From: Octopus sinensis
Lineage: Eukaryota
Length of the DNA: 64,000 nucleotides
Direction of reading: 5' to 3'
Assembly: GCF_006345805.1 (NCBI RefSeq)
Contig: NC_042998.1
Span: 156,612,001 to 156,676,000 of the forward strand
Shown here: in pieces, positions 40,485 to 53,389 of the stretch
Layout of the letters: each line of letters begins with the position of its first letter
How positions within the stretch are numbered: the stretch's first letter is position 1
Made by a program: the position numbers and the translations under genes
The notes under the pieces: model-generated
What the model was told of the DNA's origin: nothing
What the model saw: the letters and a program-made list of their open reading frames with translations, nothing else
The model's database searches: none

Positions 40485-40578
40485 GTACATATATATATTT
40501 ATATGTATGTATATATATTTATATGTATGTATATGTGTATATATATATATAATATATATATATACATGTATGTGTATG
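39912..40578. repeat. compound (TATG)/(TA)n array
   Basis: Direct inspection. Confidence 0.95.
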
Positions 40579-41139
40579 ATTTCCGGTCGGCCTCTGATCA
40601 ACATGTGCTTTTTTAAGCTCCTAGAAAATCTCCAAGAAATTTCTGAAAAGCTGCGAAGGCTATTATAAATAAAACTCGAAAAAGTCTTGAATGTCTTCCT
40701 GAATGACTAAGTATTGACTTGAGGAAATATAAAGTGAAATATATTAAGCAGGAAGAATCTTTTGCGAATGTAGTAATTATAAACATTGCAAATATTGGAT
40801 TTTACGAAATTATAAACATTGCAAATAATGGATTTTACGAAATTTCAAAATTAACTGCGATTTTTGATCGGAACAAAAGAATAAAATAAAATAAAACCAT
40901 TATCTGAATAACTTTTGAATGAAAACGTAACAAGACATATTTAAAGAAAAACCATCTGAAATACATAGAAGGGAAAACAGAAAATATATACACAAACGTA
41001 TACAGCACATGGTATCACTTTAACTCGAAAAGAAGTTCAAAATCTTCCACTGCCTTGGAAATACTCATCTCCTTGGAAAAAACTAGATAAGTATCGTATA
41101 TATATATATATATATATATGTGTATATATATATCTATAT

Positions 41140-41194
<55 letters not shown>

Positions 41195-41549
41195 TCCTTG
41201 GATATTGGAACAGTACCTTTAATGATTCTACAATAAAAAAATAACTGTGTCTCCTTGTCGTAAATCTGTGTTACCACGTGTAGCAACCACGATCGAAAAC
41301 ACGCCATTCTACTTCGTAAAGATATCTGTAAGTACATCCCGAATTTTAGAAAATTCATACAGACAGTTTTTTCTAGAAAACCCATACACACAGTTTTATA
41401 TATCAGCATGCACCGCACACAAATATATACAAAAAGCGAATTTAAATCATACTTTCTTCTTCACCAACCATTGTATCCTTACATCTTTTGATTGTACATA
41501 TAACTGTATCTTTTTGTATGTCAGGTCACTTTCGAGTGCTACTGGTAAT

Positions 41550-42342
41550 ATGTAACCCAGAACAACCTGTTGCATGGTTGGGTCGTCAACGACTAAACCG
41601 GCAACCCCACCAAGCTTGCTTGGTGAGTAGGGTGTTTATTGGATACCCTGTGGGATGAAAAACAAAACCCGTCAAAGGGTGGAGGAACTCTTAAGAGTCA
41701 ACAGCCATCCAATAAATGTTTTTTTTTTTTTTCCTTAAGGCTTAAGGCTGTATCATGCGCGGGGACATAGAAATAATCGGACTGAATACCCGATCACGTG
41801 GTTAAACCATTGGGAGTGAAGGACTCCTAGCCTTTGTTAGGGCATCCTTCTAGGAGAAGTAACTCAGGTAACTGGGATAACTCTGACATAAAACCTGCGG
41901 CTCAGTGGTTACCGATGAATTGACTGTTTCTTCTTTTCGGATTATGGCTGCTGTTGCTTAGTGAGTGGGATTGACTCAGTTGCACAGCCTTTCCTCACTT
42001 TAAAAAAAATCTTTTTGCCACAAGTATTGCCAATAACTAATTGGATTGATTAAAGTGATTAACTAATTCAGATTGTTGATAGTGCTGTGAGTCTCAACTG
42101 CATGGCTGGCTGTAGCCTTAAAAAGCAAAAAATCAATGATTGTACCAAAACAGTATAAAAACAAAATGGCAGTAAGGACTCTGGAACACATCAGCTGATG
42201 AAAGAGTCTGGCCCGGCAGGGGCTCCAGAACATCACAGTTTGAAACCCGGCCGTAATCATGCTACTGTGATTGGAACCAAAGAAAATAGTGAATATTGGC
42301 TGTTGGAATGTACAGACACTGCTTGACCACAAGTCTCTGAAT
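41550..42342 (+). mobile_element. RTE-like LINE 5' UTR and start of endonuclease, cut by the gap
   Basis: KKIVNIGCWNVQTLLD matches the RTE APE start (IxxWNVRTL); 5' boundary approximate. Confidence 0.65.
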
Positions 42343-42442
42343 NNNNNNNNNNNNNNNNNNNNNNNNNNNNNNNNNNNNNNNNNNNNNNNNNNNNNNNNNN
42401 NNNNNNNNNNNNNNNNNNNNNNNNNNNNNNNNNNNNNNNNNN
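42343..42442. other. assembly gap (100 N)
   Basis: Run of N. Confidence 1.
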
Positions 42443-43890
42443 AACTACAGACCTATCTCTCTCACCTCACACATCAGCAAGGTCATGGAACGAATAGTCA
42501 GAAGGAAACTAATCACCTTCCTTGAAGAAAATGACTTGCTGCCTGACACCCAACATGGTTTCCGACCAGGAAGAAGCTGCTTAACTCAGCTCCTACAACA
42601 CTATGACTGGGTGCTGAAACAACTGCTCAACCAACTCAATGTGGAAGTCATATATCTCGACTTCGCAAAGGCCTTTGATAAAGTCGATCATGGAATGATA
42701 TGTCACAAACTGCGTGATCCTGGCATAGTTGGAAAATTGGGAGAATGGCTTCATAACTTTCGGAAGAATAGAAGTCAGGTGGTAGCAAATAATGAGCGGT
42801 GTTCCGCAGGGCACTGTTTTGGGACCACTACTGTTCATAATGGCCCTCTCAGACATGCCCTCAGCCACGCAGAGAGCCACGATACAAGTTATGCAGATGA
42901 TACAAAAGTTTCACAGGCAATACAGAACCCTGAGGACACTAAGCACCTGCAATGTGAGCTGGACGAAATATACAAGTGGGCTGAAAAGAATAGCATGCAG
43001 TTCAATGCTGAAAAGTTTCAAGCTTTATACTATCAGCATGCAAAACTGAATGCAATGCCCAATGAATACACTGGACCCGGAGGGATTGCAATCCCAGAGG
43101 CACAATCAGTGCGTGACCTGGGTATTCACATGAGTGATGACGCAACCTTTCATGTACATGTTGCTAAAAATGGCAATGAAATGTAGACGGCTGGCTGATG
43201 GATTCTTAGAACCTTTAGAACAAGAGAACAGAAACCATGATGGTCCTCTGGAAGACACTTGTCCTAAGCCACTTTGACTATTGCTCTCAGCTATGGTCAC
43301 CATCCAGTGTGAAGTTGATCACAGAACTTGAGGCGATCCAACGAAGCTACACAAAGAAGATAGCCTCTGTGCAGCATATGAGCAACTGGGAAAGACTCAA
43401 GAGATTAAAGCTCTATTCCCTGGAGCGTAGGCGAGAAAGATATGCCATAATATATATCTGGAAGATCCTGGAAGGACTTGTCCCAAACTTTGGCATCGAG
43501 AGTCACACAAATGCCAGAACCGGGTGCCACTGCGTAGTACCAAGGACTCCAAATTTGCCATCTAGATGTAGGACAAGATACTGTGATAGCCTGGGCTTCA
43601 GAGGCCCACTGCTCTTCAATATCCTCCCGAAGTACCTGAGGGACCTGCATGGTGTAGATGCGGATGTCTTTAAAGTAGGACTGGATTGCTTCCTGTCAGG
43701 TGTCCCGGATGAACTAACTTCACGGCAGGAGGTGCAGATGAGGGCAGCTGCATCGAACTCTCTCATGCATCAGATGGCGTTTGCTAAAAAGCATCCGTGA
43801 GGTAAAATCGTGTAGCAAACCAAATGGCAGTGCCCCAGCATGCCCACAGCTCATTAGCTGAAACTGAAAAATCAAAATCATATCGAAATC
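42443..43890 (+). mobile_element. CR1/L2-group LINE 3' half, frameshifted
   Basis: NYRPISLTS through MAFAKKHP*, 3' hairpin cagct-catt-agctg, AATCA tail. Confidence 0.92.
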
Positions 43891-43913
43891 ATTATATGTA
43901 TATTATATATGAA

Positions 43914-43947
<34 letters not shown>

Positions 43948-44060
43948 ATATATATATATATAGATATATATATATAATATATATATTATAAATATATATA
44001 TATGTACATATATATTATATAATATATGTATGTATAGATATATAATATATATATATGTAT

Positions 44061-44091
<31 letters not shown>

Positions 44092-44137
44092 GTAATATAT
44101 ATATATATACATACATGAATATATATATATATATATA

Positions 44138-44381
44138 CGGTGTCCTCTAGCCTGCAAAGGGAGATCATTCCCCAAAGAAGCGGATGCCACATACGGACCT
44201 AGGTTTCAAGGTATTTGCCTATTATCAACGCATGGCAGGCACCGCTCCTCGACGAATAACTGTCTGTGCAGGCTATATTTAAAGATTTTCACAGTAAATA
44301 CATTACTGATGTAAAATCCGTTCGAAAGCAATAAATATATATGTATATATATGTGTATATATAATGTATATATGTATGTAT

Positions 44382-44425
<44 letters not shown>

Positions 44426-44434
44426 GTATATATG

Positions 44435-44472
<38 letters not shown>

Positions 44473-45360
44473 ATTCAAAAACAGCCCCGACACACACGCA
44501 GACGCACACAGGGGCACGCACACTCACACCAGCCTTACCTCCATACAGGCACATATATACACACGCAGCACCATGTCAAATGCCATCCACACTCATGCAT
44601 GCGTACACACGCACGCACACACGCATGCATACACACACGCACACAGAACACCATGACAACCACACACACTTGACAAACAGACGTCATCTGACCAAATACT
44701 ACAGGCACACAGACACATCTATTCACACACATGCAGAGAGACACACATACTCACCTCATCCTAACCCCAAAATTACTGATGCTTGAAGGAAAGCCATAAG
44801 CAGAAAAAAACGGGTACATCTTTCTCAATTCAACATTTCTGCTAAAACGGACAGGTCAGTAAACAAACTCGCCTTGAATTCATAATATTCTGTACTGACC
44901 CTGAGATGTATAATATATTCATTTTAATCTTTTCTGCCAATTTTTCAAATATTCTCATCATACTGTTGTACTTCCTTATGTCCTTAACATGTCCTTTTTA
45001 CCAAAGACTGTATATATACATGTAATGTGGCAATTTGCAACAACCAATAATTAACACAACCAAACTTCCAATAATATATTTGTTTTATTCTTTTCTGCCC
45101 ATTTTTTCAAATATTCTCATCACACTGTTGAACTTCTTTATGTCCTTAACATGTCCCTGTTACCAAAGACTATATATATACAGGTAATGTGGCAATTATG
45201 TAAAAATCTTTTTTGAATTCATAATATTCTATGTTACTTTTGACAATCTTTTTCCAAAGAGTGAAACGGTTAAGTAAATAAACATCTTTTAAGTTGCATT
45301 TTCAAACCTTCTTTCGTTATAATTCCACTCGTGCGATACCCCACAACTCAACTTTGTTAC
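44138..45360 (+). mobile_element. probable decayed PLE 3' end with degenerate hammerhead remnants and ~110-bp internal duplication
   Basis: FKVFAYYQ resembles FKIFPFYK near 21860; remnants at 44778-44820 and 45234-45277; duplicated block ~44928-45035 / ~45088-45197. Confidence 0.45.
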
Positions 45361-45637
45361 AATATATATAATGATATATATATATAATATATATATATAT
45401 AGATATATATATATATATGTGTGTGTATTATATATATATGTGTTATATATATATATATGTGTATATATATATATGATGTGTATATATATATATATGTATA
45501 TGATATAATATATATAATGTATATATATATATATATAGTATATAATGTATATATATATATATATATATATAGTATATAGTATTATATATTATATATATAA
45601 ATATATATGTATATATATATATATATGTATATATATG

Positions 45638-45670
<33 letters not shown>

Positions 45671-45673
45671 TTA

Positions 45674-45714
<41 letters not shown>

Positions 45715-45869
45715 TATATATTTATATATGTATATATATATTTATATATGTATGTATATATTGATATATGGATATATATATTTATATATGTCTGTCTATG
45801 ATTATATATGTATATATATATTATATATGTATGTATATATTTATATATGTATATATATATTTATATATG

Positions 45870-45900
<31 letters not shown>

Positions 45901-46162
45901 TTATATATGTATTATATATTTATATATGTATATATAATATATATATGTATATATATATTTATATATGTATTATATATTTATATATGTATAATATATATTT
46001 TATATGTATATAAATATATTTATGTAGGTATGATATATATATTTATATATGTATAATATAGTATTTTATATGTATATATACATATTTATACATGTATATA
46101 TAATATATATTTATATATGTATATATGTATATATATATTTATATATGTATATATGTATATAT
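45361..46162. repeat. compound (TA)n array
   Basis: Direct inspection. Confidence 0.95.
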
Positions 46163-46164
46163 AA

Positions 46165-46440
46165 CGGGAAAGCTTATGAAATAAACAAAAGACGAAGGCA
46201 GGTGGAAAACAAACGAACAATGTATTAGTATGGCGCTCAGGAAATATAAATAAAACAAGTCTTTAACGTTTCGAGCCTACGCTCTTCAAAACAGAAAGAT
46301 ACACAGAGAGAGAAAAACACAGAAGAAGGAGAGAAAAAAAATGCGTGCAGTAGCTAACGAATCAACATGGCGATCTGATTTCGGCCAGAGGTCAAAGATC
46401 AAACATGAGACGCGAGAGCGAAATAAGGGGAGATAATAGG
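46165..46440 (-). mobile_element. PLE terminal-repeat-like fragment with variant hammerhead (46260-46299)
   Basis: Minus strand tcttt-CTGttttGA-agagc-gtag-gctc-GAAA-cg-tt-aaaga, then 'ttcctgagcg' as near 8755. Confidence 0.55.
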
Positions 46441-46553
46441 GTTGATAAAAGTGTTGAGGGACCAGCTAAAAGTGCGTGGGAGGGGTCTGGATGTGTGTAT
46501 GTATAGGGTTGGTGTATGTAGTAGTATGTATATATATATATATATATATATTA

Positions 46554-46584
<31 letters not shown>

Positions 46585-46782
46585 ATGTATATATGTATAT
46601 ATATATATATATATTATATTTATCTATGTATATATATATTATATATATATACTTATATATGTTAATATATATATATATGTATATTTATATATGTATATAT
46701 ATATATATACTTATCTATGTATTATATATATATATGTATATTTATATATGTATATATATATATGTATATATATATATATGTA

Positions 46783-46825
<43 letters not shown>

Positions 46826-46837
46826 ATATGTATATAA

Positions 46838-47100
46838 ATCCTTAAATCCTTAAGCCCGAAGGTCGCGGCCATGCTGGGGCACCACCGCTGAATGAGCACA
46901 CTGTTTGTGAATCCACCTCTGATACGTGGCACTTGATCAACAAGGGAGTTCGATGCTGCTGCCCGCATCCGTGTCTCCTGTCGTGAGGTAGGTTCATCTG
47001 GGGACTCCCACAAGAAAGAGATCCAGTTTAGTTTTAAAGAAACCCACATCCACACCATGTAAGTCTCTCAGGCATTTAGCTGTTGCAGTATCTGGACCTG
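46838..47100 (-). mobile_element. 3' tip of a third related LINE family
   Basis: [20 protein letters not shown]; 'ccccagcatggccgcg' and (TTAAGGAT) tail. Confidence 0.85.
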
Positions 47101-47109
47101 TATTTTTTG

Positions 47110-47145
47110 TTTATATGTATATATATGTATATATATGTATATACG

Positions 47146-47176
<31 letters not shown>

Positions 47177-47220
47177 TATGTATATATATATGTATATATA
47201 TATATTATTTATATATATAT

Positions 47221-47278
<58 letters not shown>

Positions 47279-47323
47279 TGTATATATATAATGTATATAT
47301 ATATGTGTATATATATGTATATA

Positions 47324-47356
<33 letters not shown>

Positions 47357-47406
47357 GTTATAATATATATATATATGGTATATATATATGTGTGTATATA
47401 TATATG

Positions 47407-47437
<31 letters not shown>

Positions 47438-47450
47438 GTATATATATATG

Positions 47451-47497
<47 letters not shown>

Positions 47498-47544
47498 GTA
47501 TATATATATATATGTATATATATATGTATATATGTATATATATG

Positions 47545-47579
<35 letters not shown>

Positions 47580-47607
47580 GTATATATATATGTATATATA
47601 TAATATG

Positions 47608-47640
<33 letters not shown>

Positions 47641-48146
47641 GTATATATATATGTATATATATATATGTGTATATATAGATATATATTATATTATTATATG
47701 TATATATATATATATATGTGATATATATATATATATGTATATATATATGTATATATATAGCTATATATATATTGTATATATATATAGTATATATATGTAT
47801 ATATAATATATATGTATATATATATGTATATATAATATATATGTATATATATATGTATATATAATATATATGTATATATATATGTATATATAATATATAT
47901 GTATATATATATGTATATATAATATATATGTATATATATATATGTATATATATATGTATATATATATGTATATATATATATATGCATATATAATATGTAT
48001 ATAATATGTATATGTATATATATATGTATATATATATGTATATATATGATATATATATATATATATTGTATATATATATATGCATATATATATATGTATA
48101 TATATGTATATGTATATATATGTATATATATATATATATATATATC
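47110..48146. repeat. compound (TA)n array
   Basis: Direct inspection. Confidence 0.95.
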
Positions 48147-48267
48147 CATGCTAGCGGACGCTAAATGATGATGATATGTATATACTATTTGCTATATGTA
48201 TTATATATAAATTATTATTTAATTGAATGCAACGCATCTATTTCCAAGTATGTATATATATATATAT

Positions 48268-49140
48268 CAGGGGTAGAGGTAGACCCAGGAAGACATGGGA
48301 TGAGGTAGTCAAGCCTGACCTCAGAGCGTTGGGCCTCACTGAGGCAATGGCGAAGGACCGAGATATCTGGAGATGTGCTGTGACTACTAAGACCCAGGAT
48401 GCTTCCGGCACCAGTTCCGCATAGCCCCTGCCTATTCAAAGTACCTTGGATCCCGGAACATCTCACTGTGCTTGAGGAGACCTGTTGAGTCAAGTGCATG
48501 TACATGAACATCGAACCAAATATCAATGGAAATAGTAGTTGTGATACCTGTGCCGGTGGCACATAAAAAGCACCATCCGAACGTGGCCGTTGCCAGTGCT
48601 GTCTCGACTGGTTTCTGTGCCGGTGGCACATAAAAAGCACCATCCGAACGTGACCGATGCCAACCCCACCTCGAATGGCTTCTGTGCCGGTGGCACATAA
48701 AAAGCACCATCTGAACGTGGCCGATGCCAGCCCCGCGTTGACTGGCTTCTGTGCCGGTGGCACATAAAAAGCACCATTCGAACGTGGCCGATGCCAGCCC
48801 TGCCTCGACTGGCTTCTGTGCCGGTGGCACATAAAAAGCACCATCCGAAGATGGCCGATGCCAGCACCACCTCGACTGGCTTCTGTGCTGGTGGCACATA
48901 AAAAGCACCAACCGATCATGGCCGATGCTAGACCCCTCTGGCACCTGTACAGGTGGCACGTTAAAAGCACCCACTACACTCGGGGAGTGGTTGGCATTAG
49001 GAAGGGCATCCAGCTGTAGAAACACTGCCAGATCAGACTGGAGCCTGTAGCAGCCCCTGGCTCCCCAGACCCCGGTTGAACCGTCCAACCCGTGCTAGCG
49101 CAGAAAACGGATGTTAAACGATGATGATGATGATGATGAT
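48268..49140 (+). mobile_element. RTE LINE 3' end with 67-bp tandem array and (GAT)n tail
   Basis: RGRGRPRKTWDEVVKPDL...DRDIWR (RTE C-terminus). Confidence 0.85.
48549..48972 (+). repeat. 67-bp tandem repeat, about six units plus a partial
   Basis: Unit starts at 48549, 48616, 48683, 48750, 48817, 48884 and 48946. Confidence 0.92.
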
Positions 49141-50587
49141 ATATATATAAAATATACGTATGAAATCAAATGCACATACACAAGGTATGTGTGTTGTTAG
49201 GTTGTAGGTCGGCTGTGGTTTTTAAGTATAAGAGAATATGTTCCCTATGATCCTGGTGTAAAAACCGCCTGAAAGTCAGTCGAGTGAGATAACTTGCCTC
49301 AGGTATTTTCTCGATGCTACATACTGAACAAAATCCACTGCATGCGATATCACCAACTGTGACTTTATGCTAATTGATTTAGATACCATCTGCTTGCATT
49401 TCCCAATGTTTCATACCATGGAAAAAATTCAAATATGAACTAGAATTAAACATACACACACACACAGACACACACATATATATACACACACAATTCCAAG
49501 AGAGTTAGAGGTTGTGAATCCAACCAACTAAGGGATAATATCTATCCAATATACTGCTGGTAGAATACCCAATTAATAATACACAAGTGTTTTTTATTGT
49601 ATGGCAATTACACTACTGAATGTATTCTGCTTTCTATGTTCTACGTTATATATTTTAATAATTACTGGTATTTTTATATATGTAAAGCATAATCTGTAAT
49701 ATATGTATGTATATTGTTATAATTGTATTTTTTATGAAATAAATAGACATAATATAATGTCTAAAAGTTGATGAATACCACCTCTTGATCCCCTCCATTT
49801 TCTTATTGCCATATAAATATATATAATACAAAATGGGACAAGAATGCAAAACATCTGGACAGCTAGGTGATACAAAAAGGGACAACAAAACATCCAGATA
49901 GATGATACAAAGAAAACAAGGATGGTTCATTTAAAGTTTTCTTTCTTCAGTCAAGCGCCAGATTATTCTCACAATTTTGGCGGATTATTCTTGAGATTGC
50001 TCCAATCTGGCCAGTCCCAAGGAAAAACTAAGCTAAGAGCATTAGATTCCTTGGAAGAAAGCAACGAATGTATACAAAAACAAGGACAGAAAAAACGGAC
50101 AATGTTACACGAATATAAATACAATAAAAAAAAATAATAACAGGACATAACAACAGGTGTCTTTCGACTAAGGATGAATTGAATTAAGCTGGCATGTGTG
50201 GAAATAAACCCTTACGGCAGAGATACAAAAGTTTCACAAACACAGGGAAGAACATCGATGCTGCATGAACAATGGTCAGACCAAGAAGGAAAGAACAAGC
50301 TTGGCCAAATGGTGGTCATGTGGGAAGAGAAGAGAGAGAAGTGGAAGCAGAGGGACAGAAATGTCTATGTATATATATATAACTAAATATATATAATTAA
50401 ATGTTCATATGAACATTTAACGTGGTTTTTAGAGTCAGGGATTTGACTGCTATTTCGGCATGGTGGTGTCTCTCAGACACCCTTATTTTTAGTTGTAAAA
50501 AATTATTACCTTTGTATGATATTTTTCCCATGCTGGCCACTTGATAATATCGATATTTAAATATCGATATTATCCTTATTTATAAAT

Positions 50588-50622
<35 letters not shown>

Positions 50623-50675
50623 TTCATAGGCAAACATACATGTACTGTGCTAACATCTTGTTTTTATTTTTCCAG

Positions 50676-50804
50676 AAAAATTATGCATCTGCTGGCAAGA
50701 TGTCAAGTGCCCAATGGATACTTGATGAAAAAGAGTTTGCTAGTAAATTCAATGAGAAGACAAAATTATTAATCCTAAACACTCCAAGCAACCCTGTTGG
50801 GAAA
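50676..50804 (+). CDS. kynurenine aminotransferase (KYAT1/KYAT3-like) internal exon
   Basis: ag|KNYASAGKMSSAQWILDEKEFASKFNEKTKLLILNTPSNPVGK|gtaagt; class I aminotransferase NxPxNPxG motif. Confidence 0.92.
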
Positions 50805-51077
50805 GTAAGTTTTTTTGGGGTCTGTCTGTCTATATCATTATATGTAAAATATCAGGTAGCGAGGTTTTTTTTAGAAATTTCACTACCAGTGGCCTAGCAT
50901 GTGGCCTAGTCAATAGACAACATATTCTCAATATAAAATAGCGTACATTTAAACACAAGAGAAACTGCCTTCAACATGCAGCTTTACATGCTAGAAGTAG
51001 TCAAAACGACCAAAACCACATTTAAGAGCAATTCTGAAGGGAATGAAAAATAAAAACTTTTACCTTGTTATTTTATT

Positions 51078-51151
51078 ACAGTAATACCTAGGTTTCAAAT
51101 AGTTTTAGCAAATAAGATAATTTGCTAGTCAAAATTCTCATCAGTGACCGT
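51078..51151 (-). ncRNA. hammerhead ribozyme motif (left arm, intact GUA)
   Basis: acggtca-CTGATGA-gaat...tagcaaat-tatctt-atttgcta...attt-GAAA-CCTAGG-TA-ttactgt. Confidence 0.75.
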
Positions 51152-51429
51152 GCCATAACACTAACATATAGTTAAGAGACAAATAACATGTATCTCATCG
51201 TTATACATTATAATTTTTCAAATCCACCGCGCAAGCACAGTTTCAGTCGGCAGTAAATAAATAAATGCCGAACTAATCTTCTGAAAATTGCTAAAACCAT
51301 AAGATTAGTTCAGCGTTTATTTATTTACTGCTGACTGAAACTGTTCTTGCACGGTGAATTTGAAAAATTATAACGTATAACAATGAGACGCATGTTATTT
51401 GTCTCTTAACTATATGTTAGTGTTATGGC

Positions 51430-51503
51430 ACAGTCACTGATGAGAATTTCGCCTAGCAAATTATTTTATTTGCTAAAACTATTTGAAACCTTGGTGTTAC
51501 TGT
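51430..51503 (+). ncRNA. hammerhead ribozyme motif (right arm, triplet mutated to GUG)
   Basis: acagtca-CTGATGA-...-GAAA-CCTTGG-TG-ttactgt. Confidence 0.7.
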
Positions 51504-51984
51504 AATAAAATAACAAGGTAAAAGTTTTTATTTTTCATTCCTTTCAGAATTGCTCTTAAATGTGGTTTTGGTCGTTTTGACTACTTCTTCTAGCATGTAA
51601 AGCTGCCTGTTGAAGGCAGTTTCTCTTGTGTTTAAATGTACACTATTTTATTTCATTAAATGGTTAATTTTAATGGCATTTCCATTGTAACCATCTTAAT
51701 ACTAAGTAGTGTGCTACTTCTGGCAGCATTGTATTTTCAATAAACAGGTTTACCTTTATGCCACATAAAACTGGTGTTATTGTTTTTGTACCATAATATA
51801 ACAGTTCAACAAATACACATTGACTAAATAAGTAACAAACTTAAAAGTATGTTCAATGATTAATATGCTAGACTAAACCAGACTAATTCCTTAAAGGTGG
51901 TGCCCAAGCATGACTGAAACCCAGCAACCAATAAAATACTGTATGAATAAAAGGATATACATACCATTCTTAACATTTATTAGT

Positions 51985-52455
51985 GTGACAGAGCATTGGT
52001 GTGTTGTGAGGGCATAAGAGGAATTATATGCAGTGTGCAAGAGAGGAGACTGTGCTGGTTTGGTCATGTGATGTGGATGGATGAGCACAGTTGCATAAAG
52101 AAGTACTGATTACTTAAAGTGGAGGGAAGATGTGGAAGAGAGAGACCCAGGAAAACATAGGATGAAAGCTGATCTCAAAACACTGAACCTTACAAAGGAG
52201 ATAACACAGGACTGAGATATGTGATGCATTGTTGTACTCAAGAAGACTCAACCACCACTATAGAATTGAGATCTGTGATGGTGCCACATAAAAAGCACCT
52301 AGTACAATCTGGAGTGGTTGGTGTTAGAAAGAGCATCCAGCCATAGAAACCAACACAAAACAGACTATGGAACCTAGTGTAGCCCCTGGTCATACCAGTT
52401 CTTGACAAGCCATCCAACCCATGCCAGCATGGAAAACAGACGTTAAATGATGATG
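51985..52455 (+). mobile_element. decayed RTE LINE 3' end
   Basis: VQERRLCWFGHVMWM...EGRCGRERPRKT; single 'gccacataaaaagcacc' unit; (GAT)n tail. Confidence 0.8.
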
Positions 52456-52658
52456 TATTTTTAATAGGTTAGGTCTTTGATTTTCTTCCATAGTTTGAGT
52501 TACTTGTCTTCTGAAAAGTGTAAATTTTATGCCTTTACTTTTGCCCCATAATTAGATCATTACGTAGCTGGAAGTAGAATAATCTCATAGGTAAACAAGG
52601 TATGAAAGGTTCGATTCAGTAGATGGCAACCAATTATGATTGTGTGTATGCATGCGTG

Positions 52659-52700
<42 letters not shown>

Positions 52701-52716
52701 CACATACACAGATATA

Positions 52717-53164
52717 CCTTTTATCTTTCATGTGTTTCAGTCACTAGACTGCAGCCAAGCTGGGGTACCACCATGAAGAATTTTTTGTTGAATGAATCAA
52801 CTCCAGTACTTTATTTCTTTTAAGCCTTGTACTTATTCTATTGGTTTCTTTGGTCAAACTGCTAAGTTATGGGGATCTAAACACACTAACACCAGTTGTC
52901 AAGTGGTGGTAGAGTACAACCACTGACACAAAAACACTCATGTAGATATATATATATATATAATTATATATAAGTAAAGTTAATCACCACATCAAAGTGG
53001 CTGTTCTGTGTTACTACTAGTTTATCCCCAGACAGATCTTCTGCTAGCTAGTTATCTAGCAGTAACATGGAACAGCCACTTTGATGTGGCAATTAACTTT
53101 ACTTGTTAGTATAATTACTACTCTGATCTTTTTCTTGATATTTTACAATTAGCTGTTTTACTTG

Positions 53165-53208
<44 letters not shown>

Positions 53209-53343
53209 ATGTTTGTATGTATATAATACACACACACATGATGGGTTCCTTTCAGTTTCTGTCTACTAAATCCACTCACAAGGCTTTTGTCAGACTCAGG
53301 CTAACACTTGTTAAGGTATCATGTAGTGGGACTGAACCTGGAA
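52717..53343 (-). mobile_element. SINE family 1 with a hairpin insertion in its central TA tract
   Basis: Both halves match 2494-2887; insertion ~52960-53165. Confidence 0.75.
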
Positions 53344-53389
53344 ATGTACAAATGTATAAACAACACACATATATGTAAACAGAACCAAG

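Larger units (their letters stand above)
50931..51651. repeat. fold-back element: ~350-bp inverted arms with 20-bp spacer
   Basis: 50931-51280 vs 51301-51651 are reverse complements with scattered, mostly transition, mismatches. Confidence 0.95.

Noticed and set aside
48549-48972. CRISPR-like look of the 67-bp array
   Set aside because: The 'spacers' are homologous to each other, the array is inside an RTE 3' UTR, the context is eukaryotic and there are no cas genes.
49830-50370. PLE-terminus-like non-coding repeat
   Set aside because: Could not build a hammerhead or find coding motifs; left unassigned.
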